Below, in pieces: positions 29,163-39,366 of a stretch of DNA of 64,000 nucleotides. The stretch is from positions 503,948 through 567,947 of the forward strand of contig CBDCTJ010000003.1 of NCBI GenBank assembly GCA_965222115.1, given 5' to 3'. Origin of the DNA: Planctomycetota bacterium. Lineage in GTDB: Bacteria; Planctomycetota; PLA2; JAEUHO01. The first letter of the stretch is position 1. Each line of letters begins with the position of its first letter. The translations under genes were made by a program, and so were the position numbers. The notes beneath the pieces are model-generated. The model was not told the DNA's origin and searched no databases. It saw only the letters and a list, made by a program, of their open reading frames with translations.

Positions 29163-30461
29163 CTACTTGTCTTCAAGCCCAAAGTGCTTGAGTACCTGAA
29201 ATTTCATCGATTCATCTAGATTCGCCCGAGATAACGCCCAAGAGACCCAATCGACATCAACCTTGGCCTTCGCGTACGTCATGAGGACACGAGCAAAGAG
29301 AGTTGCAGACGCACGATTGCCGTCGAGCCCGCGCTCAAGAAACGATTTCGCAGAGTCAAAATCGCGACGATTGCTATGTTGCAGATACTGCTGAATGATC
29401 CACTGCCCTACGTTGTTTTTCTGTTCCAGTGCAGAAAAGATCTGCTCATCAATCGAGGCGATCGTTGCCCCACTCACGTTCGGCACGCGCCGCAAAATTT
29501 GAATGCCGTTCCAGTCCGATTTAACAATCATCGGACCCACAATGGGTGCAATGTCGATAGCAGCCCATGCCTCCTTAGGCACTTGGGGCAGCAACATCAT
29601 CAATTCTTCGGGATTGAGATCACCCCGCTTCAGCTTCGCCAACGCGTCTTCAACACTCAAGGGCGGCGACCACACGGCCACCAAACGCCGAATGTCACGT
29701 AAGTTGCGACTCAACGCTTTGGGAAGCTGATCTTCGGGATGCTTTAGGATGGCCTGGGCATACCCGCGCATACGATCCACGCGCGCGCGACTTGTAACGG
29801 CGGGCATCAACATGCCAATGCCTTCCGTAAAGATTTCAAAGGGATCGTCATCGAGCCCTTCAAAAAACTCCGGACGCTCGGCCGCCGTTTCAAAGAATGT
29901 CTCAGTTAGTGCAGCGACTTGCTGATCATGTTCGACGGCGTATTTGATGATGGGGTAGAGGTGCTTCACAGCGCGCGGCCCCTCTTGTTCAAATAGCGGC
30001 TGCATCTTTTCCTTGAATTCCTTCGTGCCCAGAGTGCCGAGCATTCGAAGTAACGCCAAATGACCCTCCCGCCCCTTGCCGAGTTGTGTATGGAAGTAGC
30101 GCAGCATGTGGGACGCAAACTCGTCGGCTGATGAGATCTTTGAGATGTCGAACTCGTCGAGGGGCTCAAGCTTGGCGAGCGCACTGGCCGTCGTTGCAGC
30201 GTTTGAAGCGTTGAGAGAATTCGACGCGGGGTCATTCGACTCGGACACGTCGGCATTCCCTTCGAGCGTCGGGGACCGACCGGCCAATTCCGTTCGCAGG
30301 CGTTCGTTCTCTGCACGCAACGTAGCATTCTGTGATTGGAACGACTCTTCGCTCTCGTCCACTCCAATGACGCCCGCGCTAGGCGCGGTGACGTGATGCC
30401 CAACAAACCAACCGGTGATGCCTGTCACGGCTAGAGCAAGTATCCAAAATCCGATTTTCAT
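29163..30461 (-). CDS. hypothetical membrane-anchored helical protein
   Basis: N-terminal TM, short coiled coil, GGAGG RBS; 432 aa. Confidence 0.75.
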   Translation of the reverse strand: MKIGFWILALAVTGITGWFVGHHVTAPSAGVIGVDESEESFQSQNATLRAENERLRTELAGRSPTLEGNADVSESNDPASNSLNASNAATTASALAKLEPLDEFDISKISSADEFASHMLRYFHTQLGKGREGHLALLRMLGTLGTKEFKEKMQPLFEQEGPRAVKHLYPIIKYAVEHDQQVAALTETFFETAAERPEFFEGLDDDPFEIFTEGIGMLMPAVTSRARVDRMRGYAQAILKHPEDQLPKALSRNLRDIRRLVAVWSPPLSVEDALAKLKRGDLNPEELMMLLPQVPKEAWAAIDIAPIVGPMIVKSDWNGIQILRRVPNVSGATIASIDEQIFSALEQKNNVGQWIIQQYLQHSNRRDFDSAKSFLERGLDGNRASATLFARVLMTYAKAKVDVDWVSWALSRANLDESMKFQVLKHFGLEDK

Positions 30462-30530
30462 GCTGCGCCTCCACGAGGGATGGTAGCGCCGAAGAGAACC
30501 GCGGTGGCCAAAACGAGAGGTCGCTGGAAC

Positions 30531-32033
30531 TTACAGGCCTCCCGACGGAGAGTACCGCGCAATGAACGAATCAAAGTGCGCCACACTTGCCCGCATCGTT
30601 TCATTCGGGTGGCCCGGGTTGAAGGTCGCCAGATCCGTGAACTCGCCGCATACGACGCATGTTCCATTCGGCCCCGCCGCGATGCCGTGGATGTAGTTGT
30701 TATCCGTGGATTCGATGCCTCGTACCCAATGGAGTGCGCCACTTCCACTGTAGGTCGCCACAAATCCATCGCGCCCTCCCGCCCCGACAAGCGTAGTTTC
30801 GGAAGGTTCCATGAATCCGAAAACAGCAATACCCTCATGCTCTCCGGACACCGCGATGCGGCCGTCAGGCAGCGTTGCCACACTCCGGACGGAGTCATGG
30901 CCGGCCCCACCGTCCGATCGGACCCAATCCAGTTCACCGTTTGCGTGGTAGCGCGCGAGGTATGCTTGATTGGTGCTGGTTGACGTCGTGAGCGTTGTCT
31001 CCCCCGCCTCGCCGGGACCGAACACGCTCATATCTCGAAAGAAGCCGCCAACGATAAAGCTGTCATCATCAAACACGGCCAAACTGAATGCCTCGGTGAA
31101 ACTCGATCCGCCGGCACGCCTTGCCCAGAGGAATTGTCCATCGGCACGGTAGCGCGCGACAAATGTATCGAGGGTGCCGGAGGCCGAGAGCGTTGTCTCG
31201 TTGGCCTCGCCGGGACCGAACGTCACGTTCAGCGAGTAGTAGCCGCATACCAGCGCATCGCCGTTCGCCAGCGTTGCGACATCGACCGCGGTGGCCGAGC
31301 CTGTCGAGTTGATCGCTTTCGCCCAGGCCAATGATCCGAAGGAATCGTACCTTGCTATGTATGCATCCTTGAAGGAACTGGCTCCGTTTAGAATCGTAAG
31401 GTTGGGTTCGCCGGAGCCAAACACGGATATCAGCTTGAAGGTTCCCGCGACGTAGGACGAACCGTCCGAGTCTCCGCTCACAGAATAGCCCGAGTCGCTT
31501 TCGTTTCGTCCGGCACGCTTGGCCCAAATCAGGCCGCCGGAAGCGGCGTACTTAGCGACGAAGATGTCGCCCATGCCATCAACATCGGTCAACGTCGTTT
31601 CATTGAAGTCGCCCGGGGCAAAAGTCGCGTCGCCTTCAAAGCGACCCGTTACGACACAACTGCCATCAGCAAAGGCGTCAACACCATGAGGATTGACAAT
31701 CGAGGAACTCTGAATTACGGCGACCCAATCCGTAAGGCCGTTGGAATCGATATGCGCAACAAATCCGTTCACATTGCTGGTTGCGATAAACGTTCGCTGA
31801 TTCCCCGCGGACATGTTGAACGTGATGCTGTCACTAAACTGGCCCGCGACAACGCTCGAACCGTCGAGAAACGTTGCTATATCCCGCGAACCTTGCCGCC
31901 CGAGACCGGTATGGGTCTGAAGAAAGGATGACGTTGTGTTTTCGCCTTCACCTCCGCCGCCACCACCGCCACCGCTACAACCGATCAGCGATATCGTGAC
32001 CATTAGGGCGAGTAGCGTGGTTGGCTGGCGCAT
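30531..32033 (-). CDS. beta-propeller repeat lipoprotein (SBBP-like)
   Basis: Lipobox LIGC plus poly-Gly linker, then about 7 repeats of D-x-F-V-A-x-Y-x-x-x-G-x-x-x-W with F-G-P-G-E-x-N-E-T-T-L. Confidence 0.85.
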   Translation of the reverse strand: MRQPTTLLALMVTISLIGCSGGGGGGGGEGENTTSSFLQTHTGLGRQGSRDIATFLDGSSVVAGQFSDSITFNMSAGNQRTFIATSNVNGFVAHIDSNGLTDWVAVIQSSSIVNPHGVDAFADGSCVVTGRFEGDATFAPGDFNETTLTDVDGMGDIFVAKYAASGGLIWAKRAGRNESDSGYSVSGDSDGSSYVAGTFKLISVFGSGEPNLTILNGASSFKDAYIARYDSFGSLAWAKAINSTGSATAVDVATLANGDALVCGYYSLNVTFGPGEANETTLSASGTLDTFVARYRADGQFLWARRAGGSSFTEAFSLAVFDDDSFIVGGFFRDMSVFGPGEAGETTLTTSTSTNQAYLARYHANGELDWVRSDGGAGHDSVRSVATLPDGRIAVSGEHEGIAVFGFMEPSETTLVGAGGRDGFVATYSGSGALHWVRGIESTDNNYIHGIAAGPNGTCVVCGEFTDLATFNPGHPNETMRASVAHFDSFIARYSPSGGL

Positions 32034-32310
32034 GACAATGACTCCTAGGTGACTTGAGTGCTACAAGGGGTCGTGCCACGGGGCCGAGAGTTGCTAGTTC
32101 GTCTTCAGAGGCCTAAAAATGGACACATAGCTCACCTGCGAGCACCGACCGCTCGTGGTCACAGCGCGAGGATCAGCACGAATTTCGACCAACTCACCCG
32201 TCGTTACATGGTCTTTGCACGGTAGCGAGAGCACCTGCCGCTTCCATAGATCGTGCTCGCCGCATGGCGTTCCGGAAGTTGTGCTAGCAGCCACAACGAG
32301 GAGAGTCCGT

Positions 32311-33039
32311 ATGCGTTTCCTGTATCACACGGTTCGGCTGTCTCGATTCGCGGCAGCCCTGCTCTGCGTGTCATTGGTCGCGCTTGCTTCTTGTGGGAAT
32401 GGTGGTGGTGGCGGCGACGATGTGGACGTAGGTGGTCAACAGCCGACCCCCACCAACGAAGTCACCTACGCAGGCATGGGTGCGTCCGACGCGCGCGGCG
32501 CTGGAGCAATTCCTGGCACCAAGGGATACGTCTATTTGATTCGCGATCGGTTGCGGGATCGTGGTCTTGACACCACGCTCGTAAACACGGGCATCAACGG
32601 TGCCGAAATCGATGAACTGCTCGACCCCCAACTTCCGCAAGTACTCGACGCAGCGCCGCACATCGTAACGATTTGGACAGGTGCCAATGATATGATCGGC
32701 GGCGCAGACCCTGACGAGTTTGCCGATGGGCTCGACGAGTTGCTTTCGTCACTTCGTGCGAACACATCAGCCCGAATCTACGTAGGCGACCTCGTTGACT
32801 TTACGGTGGCCCCCATTTTCAATCTCTTTCCGCGCCCAACCGTAACGCTTGAACGCCTAGCCGCATTCAATGCACGCATTCAGCAAGTCGTCGCCGACAA
32901 TGGCTGCACACTTGTGCCCCTATCCGAAGGCACGCTCACGCGGGACATGTTCTTCATCGACGGCTTCCATCCCAATAACCTGGGGTACGAGATGCTGGCC
33001 GACGCATTTTGGGAGAAGATTGAAGCGGATCTGGAGTAG
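32311..33039 (+). CDS. SGNH/GDSL hydrolase lipoprotein
   Basis: GMGASD (block I), GING, GAND and DGFHPN motifs; lipobox LASC; GAGGAG RBS. Confidence 0.88.
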   Translation: MRFLYHTVRLSRFAAALLCVSLVALASCGNGGGGGDDVDVGGQQPTPTNEVTYAGMGASDARGAGAIPGTKGYVYLIRDRLRDRGLDTTLVNTGINGAEIDELLDPQLPQVLDAAPHIVTIWTGANDMIGGADPDEFADGLDELLSSLRANTSARIYVGDLVDFTVAPIFNLFPRPTVTLERLAAFNARIQQVVADNGCTLVPLSEGTLTRDMFFIDGFHPNNLGYEMLADAFWEKIEADLE

Positions 33040-33050
33040 CTGTTGGCCGC

Positions 33051-33656
33051 CTACGATGGGCGGCGAACGGCCCGCTTGAGGTCAATGACGGCCTGCTCCA
33101 GCTGCTTGACCAGATCCTCAATCGCAGTAACGCGCTCAGCAATGTTCTCAGCGACGGCATCATCGTGTGGCGCGTCATCCGTACGCTCACTTGACGGCGC
33201 TCTATCCGGTCCCATCAACTCAAGCACACACCATCGCACGCGATTGCTCTCAATGCCTACTTCACTCAGGGCGCGCAGTGCCCGGGATCTTGTAAGGCTC
33301 AGCATGGCGATCAATAGATGCTCGGTACCTATGCGCGTGTGGCCAAGCCCGCGTGCTTCTTCGCGGGCGCGTTCAAGCGTCTGGTCGAAATCGATCGTAC
33401 GCAGACGCAGATTGATAGGATCGTTCACAACGGTTGTGGGCGGACGGCACCGCCCCATGGCAAGGTCGAGAGCGTTCTCGTTGATTTCTAGTACACGCAT
33501 CACGGCCATCGCCGTGCAGCGTCGCGACTTGCGAATGGCCTTTAGCAAGTGAAACGACCCCACGTAGGTGCACGATTCCTGGGCCGCGATTGACTCGGCG
33601 CGCTTGATACAGTCCTCGGCGCGCCTTGTATAAGACAAACGGGTCTGCGTCGTCAT
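33051..33656 (-). CDS. stand-alone Clp N-terminal (Clp repeat) domain protein with C-terminal coiled coil
   Basis: YTRRAEDCIKRA...YVGSFHLL and LERAREEARGLGHTRIGTEHLLIAML; no AAA+ module. Confidence 0.85.
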   Translation of the reverse strand: MTTQTRLSYTRRAEDCIKRAESIAAQESCTYVGSFHLLKAIRKSRRCTAMAVMRVLEINENALDLAMGRCRPPTTVVNDPINLRLRTIDFDQTLERAREEARGLGHTRIGTEHLLIAMLSLTRSRALRALSEVGIESNRVRWCVLELMGPDRAPSSERTDDAPHDDAVAENIAERVTAIEDLVKQLEQAVIDLKRAVRRPS

Positions 33657-33661
33657 GATGG

Positions 33662-34261
33662 CTATGCCTCCACCCGAAGCTCAGAGAGAGCGACTTGAAG
33701 CTGAGATACGCGATGAGAGAGCTGCCCAAGTTTGCTCACGGCAAGGGCATACGGGTCCACGTTGTCCGCGCGTTCGTCGTTCGGGGCACAATGCTGATCG
33801 GGAGGGAGCAGGTTACAAACGACGTTTCGGCATTCCAAAAACTTGAGACGAAACTCATCGAAAAACGATCCACTTGAATGCCGAATGAGCCCCAGCACGA
33901 GATGCTCGGGCGAAATCCTAATACGTAGCAGCGCGTCAGCTTCCGTCTCTGCGCATCGAATGGCGGACCACGCGTCGTTCGCAATCGGAACAAACGGTGG
34001 CACGCGCTTTGAACGCATGCCCATGCTAATATCGCGAACCTCCGCGTCCTTCCTCTTGGCACGCTCATAGGTCGCGTCCAAGTCCAGTTCTTCGACGCCA
34101 CAAGCTTCGAGCATTGCCTCAATACGCCGACGCAATCGTTCCACGTGCATAACGGACTGAATCATGGCATCACCGGTTAGACGAGGCTGAGCATCTCGCT
34201 CCACACGTCTCCACGCATCCATGATCCAAGCTCGCGCATCCTCATCCATTCGTTCAAACAT
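33662..34261 (-). CDS. divergent stand-alone Clp N-terminal domain protein with C-terminal coiled coil
   Basis: ClpC-like MFERMDEDARAW start and AETEADAL..RISPEHLVLGLI repeat; GGAG RBS. Confidence 0.75.
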   Translation of the reverse strand: MFERMDEDARAWIMDAWRRVERDAQPRLTGDAMIQSVMHVERLRRRIEAMLEACGVEELDLDATYERAKRKDAEVRDISMGMRSKRVPPFVPIANDAWSAIRCAETEADALLRIRISPEHLVLGLIRHSSGSFFDEFRLKFLECRNVVCNLLPPDQHCAPNDERADNVDPYALAVSKLGQLSHRVSQLQVALSELRVEA

Positions 34262-34473
34262 ACTCTGCTCCGACGAATATGGGCCTCTGACTCGACATCG
34301 CGAGCGCGCACTTCCCCCAATAGTAACAGACGCAAATCTAGGCGCGGGACGCAGTTGTTTCTAGCCCTGTGCGGGACGTATGATGCGAATGTCCACCGTG
34401 GGGCCGAGATTGTCATGGCACCGAAGTCGAGCGCAGTCGAAACGGGGCTCGTGGGAATCTACCTATAGACACA

Positions 34474-37400
34474 ATGCCAAATCCCAACCAACCCCAGCCT
34501 GCACACGCCATACTTCAGGAGCACGCTGCGGGCATTCGAGCGTTGGCGCTGCGGCTTTTGAGGGATCCTGGACTTGCCGATGACGTTGTCCAGGACACGT
34601 GGTTGGCAGCCACTGAATCGCCGCCGAACAACAGAGATAATCTGCGAGGATGGCTTTACGCCGTTTCGAAGAATCTCGCGAGCAAGCGAATGCGAAGTGA
34701 ATCACGTCGAACAGCGCGTGAACGATATGTTGCCAAAGGCGAACGAATTCCATCCACGCTAGAACTCGCCGAACGCATGGAGACCAAGCGACGATTGCTC
34801 GACGCGCTGGATGGTCTGCGTGAACCCTACCGCTCGACACTCATTGTGCGTTACTTCGATGATCGCAAGCCACGCGAGATTGCCGCTGCCCAGAACGTTT
34901 CGGTTGCAACTGTAAAGTCACGCCTCTACCGCGGACTACTAGAGCTTCGCGACGCGCTGGATGATTCTCACGACGGCGATCGACGCGCGTGGGCGTTACC
35001 GCTCGTGTCCATGGCTGCGACGCGTTCCGTCGGCAGTACGGGAATCACTGCCTTGCTGGGAGGAATCTTGACGAAGAAGACCACCGCGACCGTCGTCGTG
35101 CTGACTTTATTGACAGGCGGTGCTTGGGTTCTACTGCAAGACGTCACCAAGCACTCGAGCAAAACCCTAGCGGCAGAGGACCCCCTTCATGCGCCGCCAT
35201 TGCCCATTCATACGGACGAGGGGCTGGAAGTAGAGGCACCGAAGACTGAAACGCCGGTGCTTAAGCCACAGCCAAGGAAATCACTTTCGCCGCGTGGGCC
35301 AGCAACGGCGAACGTCCCCGAGCGCCGCGCGGGTGAACTGGTAGCGATCGGTCGAGTCGTAGACGAACGGCGTAAGCCACTCGAGGGCGCCATCGTCACA
35401 TTCCACACGGTCAGTGGACTCGGTGAAAAGAAATCCTACACCGACGCTGCCACGACAGCACGCGACGGCACGTTCGCCGTTGGTGGCATAGGACCTCACT
35501 CAGGAAACACTCGACTGCTCGCGACAATTCGACACGGACAACGTCGCGCGTTCGGCGGCGCCCTTGTTCGCGAAGCGTCCAGTACGCAAGTTGACTTGGG
35601 GACCATCGTTCTGCTTCCCATGCGAGCGCTACATGTACATGTGGTAGATCCCATGGGCGCGCCGGTCGAAGGCGCGGCGATCTATGTGGAATCGATCGCG
35701 CGTTGGATGGGAGGTCTGACCCTTGCTCGTGCAGTAACCGCTTCGGGTACCAGCAATGACGAGGGCGCATGGAGCACTGGCAATCTTGCAGTAGGCGGGT
35801 ACCGAATTGTTGCGAGCAAGCCGGGTTACGGCCGTGGCACGCAAGCGTGGCGAAGCGGTGAACCGGGCGAGGTTCGGGTGACGCTTGGCAAAGAACGCAC
35901 ACTCACGGTACGCGTGCATGATCAGCGAACAGACCAGCCCATTGTGGGCGCCTCGGTTCGCGTCGGTGAGACCTACGAGTGGATGAACACCTTTTCGGTC
36001 AGTCCCTATGTCCCGCCAATGGGCAGTTTGGTTACGAATGAGAAGGGCGAGGTCGTGTTATCAGGGCTCCATGCAGATGATTCACTGTATGTGAGCGCGA
36101 CTGCGAACGGTTACCCCCGCATACCTCTCCCTCGGCATCCAGTTGCGGTTCCGCGGGACGCGGCAGAAACAACGATACGTCTCTACACGCCCCGAACCGT
36201 GCGCTGGAAGATTTCGACAACTAAGGGTGTACCGCCACCACCGGACGGAACGATGCTCCGTCTTACGCGAACGCAAGGACGCCGAGAGTTGGCGATGCCA
36301 ACGAGCGCAAGAATCGAGGGTGGCATGATTGTCGTCGAGGGGTGCATAGCGATGCCGCTTGGATTCACCGTCGTAGCGCCGAATGGCTCCTACGCCGAGT
36401 TGTTTGTCATGGGGACAAGACATGAAGGCGGAGTAGTTCACTTTCGTCGACCGAACACGGTCAGACTCAAAGCCAAGACGCCCGACGGGAAACCTGCCGT
36501 CGGCATCTACCTATCCATGCGTACAGGTGGCAACATGGTCTATGCTCCTCCGGCCAAGACAGACGAGAACGGCCACGTCGTATTCGATGGACTTCCCCAT
36601 TGGCATCAGGTGCATGTCTTTGCTGGACTCATTGACAACTCGTATGCGAGCCACAGCGTAGGTACGATTGATCTCTCCGATGGCGAGACGGAACGAGAGA
36701 TATTTGTCCCTCCCTTGGTCAACATTCACGTGCGTCCAAGCGTCGACGGCGCGCCTCGCATTCCGAATGATTACTTCGTCTTCGTAGATGACAAACCCAC
36801 TGAAGTACACATAGAAGACGCGAAGAACCACTCAATCATGGTTCGCGCCTTTGTCCCTAAGCAAACTCGCGGATCGCTTTCTATGCGAGTCAAAGAACTC
36901 GCATGCGATCCCGTTTCGTTTGAACTCCCAGAGGACGACTCGCCGCTCGCGTTATCCGTTCAGCTCTCGAGCACAAACTCGGTCACGGTGCGCGTGTTGC
37001 CGCCCAAAGACGGGAAGATGAGAATCCGCGCTCGCATGCCAAGGGCAGATCAATCGCCTCCATTCAACTGGCAGAGGCCGCGCGCGTTTCGAGCAGAGCC
37101 AGATGGACGCGATGGTCCTTATGTTCTCTATCGTTACTCGGGCATACCCAGTGGCGCTTTTCAGGTAGGGGATGAGCTCTCCGGTGCTGCCACAAAGGTC
37201 ATCGACATCAAATCGGGCATGAACTCGAACGTCATTACTCTCGATCTCAGTCACGTCGGCGAAGTACGCGGTAGCATAACGGCACCGCCGGGTCGTCACG
37301 TGGGCTTGGCATCGATTGAGGCGAGTGGAGAGAACCTGCTGTGGGAGGGACACAGACCATCGGGGCACAGCTTTGTCTATGAGAACAGCCGACTAGTCGC

Positions 37401-38082
37401 TCAAGACGGGACATTTTCAATACGAATACCCGGCGACCGCAAAGTACGCCTCTCTGTGAATCATCCCCTCGCGTTACCGGCGAAACAAGGCGGGTCCATT
37501 GAACTCACAAAGCCGCGCGACGGCGTGCGACTTGCGCTCGACGCGTCGCCAGTAATCCGATTCCGATTGACGCCCGAGTCACGGCCGGTCCACTCAAACA
37601 CGCTGGGCGTAATGATCTTTGATGGCAAGTTGACCGAAAAGCCCCTGCGAAGCACGCGAGTAAATGTACATCGCGATTCGACCCTACAAGTCGGAGGCAT
37701 TGGCCCCGGAACCTATACGGTTGTCATCAATTCTGACGGACGAGCGCCCAAGATCATCGAGAACGTTCGTATCGCTGGAAGCGACGTAGACCTTGGCGAA
37801 CTTAGCACCGAACGAGGATCGTCGATACGAGTACGCATTCGCACCAAGTCCGGCACGAAACCACCGACACTCCAGGGAATGGCAACGGCGACGTCTCCAT
37901 TTCGCTACATTCGGATGGCACAAACAACCGGAGAAGCCGAACTCGTGATCCCCGGCCTCCTTAAGGGCAAAGTACATCTGATCGTGCAACGATTCACCGG
38001 CTCGACCAGCACGACGCCCGAACTCGAGACTACAGTCGAAGTCAATGGCAAGGATGATGTGACCGTAGACCTGGAGCTGTAG
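34474..38082 (+). CDS. ECF sigma factor fused to TM and carboxypeptidase-regulatory-like repeats
   Basis: ADDVVQDTWL, LRGWLYAV, LREPYRSTLIVRYF and TVKSRLYRG motifs; TM near aa 190-225; GRVVDE..KPLEGA repeats. Confidence 0.9.
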   Translation: MPNPNQPQPAHAILQEHAAGIRALALRLLRDPGLADDVVQDTWLAATESPPNNRDNLRGWLYAVSKNLASKRMRSESRRTARERYVAKGERIPSTLELAERMETKRRLLDALDGLREPYRSTLIVRYFDDRKPREIAAAQNVSVATVKSRLYRGLLELRDALDDSHDGDRRAWALPLVSMAATRSVGSTGITALLGGILTKKTTATVVVLTLLTGGAWVLLQDVTKHSSKTLAAEDPLHAPPLPIHTDEGLEVEAPKTETPVLKPQPRKSLSPRGPATANVPERRAGELVAIGRVVDERRKPLEGAIVTFHTVSGLGEKKSYTDAATTARDGTFAVGGIGPHSGNTRLLATIRHGQRRAFGGALVREASSTQVDLGTIVLLPMRALHVHVVDPMGAPVEGAAIYVESIARWMGGLTLARAVTASGTSNDEGAWSTGNLAVGGYRIVASKPGYGRGTQAWRSGEPGEVRVTLGKERTLTVRVHDQRTDQPIVGASVRVGETYEWMNTFSVSPYVPPMGSLVTNEKGEVVLSGLHADDSLYVSATANGYPRIPLPRHPVAVPRDAAETTIRLYTPRTVRWKISTTKGVPPPPDGTMLRLTRTQGRRELAMPTSARIEGGMIVVEGCIAMPLGFTVVAPNGSYAELFVMGTRHEGGVVHFRRPNTVRLKAKTPDGKPAVGIYLSMRTGGNMVYAPPAKTDENGHVVFDGLPHWHQVHVFAGLIDNSYASHSVGTIDLSDGETEREIFVPPLVNIHVRPSVDGAPRIPNDYFVFVDDKPTEVHIEDAKNHSIMVRAFVPKQTRGSLSMRVKELACDPVSFELPEDDSPLALSVQLSSTNSVTVRVLPPKDGKMRIRARMPRADQSPPFNWQRPRAFRAEPDGRDGPYVLYRYSGIPSGAFQVGDELSGAATKVIDIKSGMNSNVITLDLSHVGEVRGSITAPPGRHVGLASIEASGENLLWEGHRPSGHSFVYENSRLVAQDGTFSIRIPGDRKVRLSVNHPLALPAKQGGSIELTKPRDGVRLALDASPVIRFRLTPESRPVHSNTLGVMIFDGKLTEKPLRSTRVNVHRDSTLQVGGIGPGTYTVVINSDGRAPKIIENVRIAGSDVDLGELSTERGSSIRVRIRTKSGTKPPTLQGMATATSPFRYIRMAQTTGEAELVIPGLLKGKVHLIVQRFTGSTSTTPELETTVEVNGKDDVTVDLEL

Positions 38083-38095
38083 CTATAGCCCCACG

Positions 38096-38128
38096 ATGCG
38101 CCACAAAAGCCAGGCTTTTGTGGCGCAC
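38096..38128. repeat. solo 33-bp palindromic REP-like unit (TGCGCCA-N6-CCWGG-N6-TGGCGCA family)
   Basis: ATGCGCCACAAAAGCCAGGCTTTTGTGGCGCAC: perfect 15-bp arms around a central A, between convergent genes; same architecture as the 62610 array. Confidence 0.85.
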
Positions 38129-38158
38129 GAAACGCGGCGAGTAGGCGGTACGTTTCTC

Positions 38159-38614
38159 TCAGCGCTGGCAACACTTCTTATATTTCTTGCCGCTTCCGCA
38201 GGGGCACGGGTGGTTGCGGCCGATGCGGGACCCCGGATTGACGATTGGCTTGGTGGTGCCGGACGCGGCCTCGAGATACGCAGGGCGCAGCGCTCGAGTC
38301 ACGCGGGCGAGATCGTGACCTCCGGCGAGGCGTCCGTGGTCTTGCATGGTGGCCAGGAATGAAGCGCAGAGTGCGGGTGCGTGGCTTCGAATGGACGCGG
38401 GCAAGGCGAGTTTGGCGACGCCATCGAGCATGCCCGGCTTCATGTCTTGTGGTTCAAGGTCATCGGGATTCACGTCGCGCGCACTGCAAGCCGCTTCGAC
38501 AAAACGGACGAGTACTTCAGGTGCGAACTCGCGAATCGAAGCGTGCGTATCTCGAAACGCCGTAGAAGAAACAAAGTCCCCCACCCAGTGTTCGATGGTC
38601 TCGCGGCGACTCAT
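38159..38614 (-). CDS. SEC-C metal-binding motif protein
   Basis: C-terminal [18 protein letters not shown]. Confidence 0.88.
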   Translation of the reverse strand: MSRRETIEHWVGDFVSSTAFRDTHASIREFAPEVLVRFVEAACSARDVNPDDLEPQDMKPGMLDGVAKLALPASIRSHAPALCASFLATMQDHGRLAGGHDLARVTRALRPAYLEAASGTTKPIVNPGSRIGRNHPCPCGSGKKYKKCCQR

Positions 38615-39294
38615 GAATTCGGGTCCGTTTGCAAACGCTTCGGTGCTTGATCGAGTGTGGGCAGGAGTACATCCATCGATCGAATGACCTCGGCGCCGAG
38701 GGCGATGAACGGCGCCGGATCACCGTTGGGCACATAGGCAATCGCGCGCATCCCAGCTGCTCGGGCCGCGCGAATGCCATTGCTGGAGTCTTCAATGACC
38801 GCACAGCCCTCGGGCGTCGCTCCCATTTCGCGGGCCGCATGGAGAAAGAGATCGGGCTTGGGCTTAAAGGCATCGATGTCATAGGCGGAGTAGATGCGAT
38901 CCCCGAAATGGTCGAGCAGACCGATCTTTCCAAGCGTCGTGGCCATCTTTGCACGCGGACCATTGCTCGCGACACAGCATCGATAGGGCAGTTCGTTTAG
39001 TACGTCCTTGATGCCGGGCACCGGTTCAACGTGTTCATCGAGTGCACGGAACAGCGCTGAGCGAAAATCATTGGTGAACGTGTCGGGCACGGCGTGACCC
39101 AACCTCGATTCAATCTCGTTCACCACCATGCCCCAGTGCCCCCCTCGAAAGAGATGCATGGCTTCGCTGAGCTCAAGCGTGAGCCCCAAGGGTCGGCACA
39201 CGTCGATCAGCGTTTGCATCGTGATCGTCTCGCTGTCGACGAGCACGCCGTCGCAATCGAAGATCACGAGTTCGAGAAAGTCGTTGTTGGCCAT
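38611..39294 (-). CDS. HAD-superfamily phosphatase (subfamily IA)
   Basis: [27 protein letters not shown] and VIEDS motifs. Confidence 0.93.
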   Translation of the reverse strand: MANNDFLELVIFDCDGVLVDSETITMQTLIDVCRPLGLTLELSEAMHLFRGGHWGMVVNEIESRLGHAVPDTFTNDFRSALFRALDEHVEPVPGIKDVLNELPYRCCVASNGPRAKMATTLGKIGLLDHFGDRIYSAYDIDAFKPKPDLFLHAAREMGATPEGCAVIEDSSNGIRAARAAGMRAIAYVPNGDPAPFIALGAEVIRSMDVLLPTLDQAPKRLQTDPNS

Positions 39295-39366
39295 GACGGC
39301 ATTGTGCGTGCGCTTGGGCAATGCGAGCGAGAAAGTTGGGCGTGGCGCGTTGCTTTTGGACCCAGC

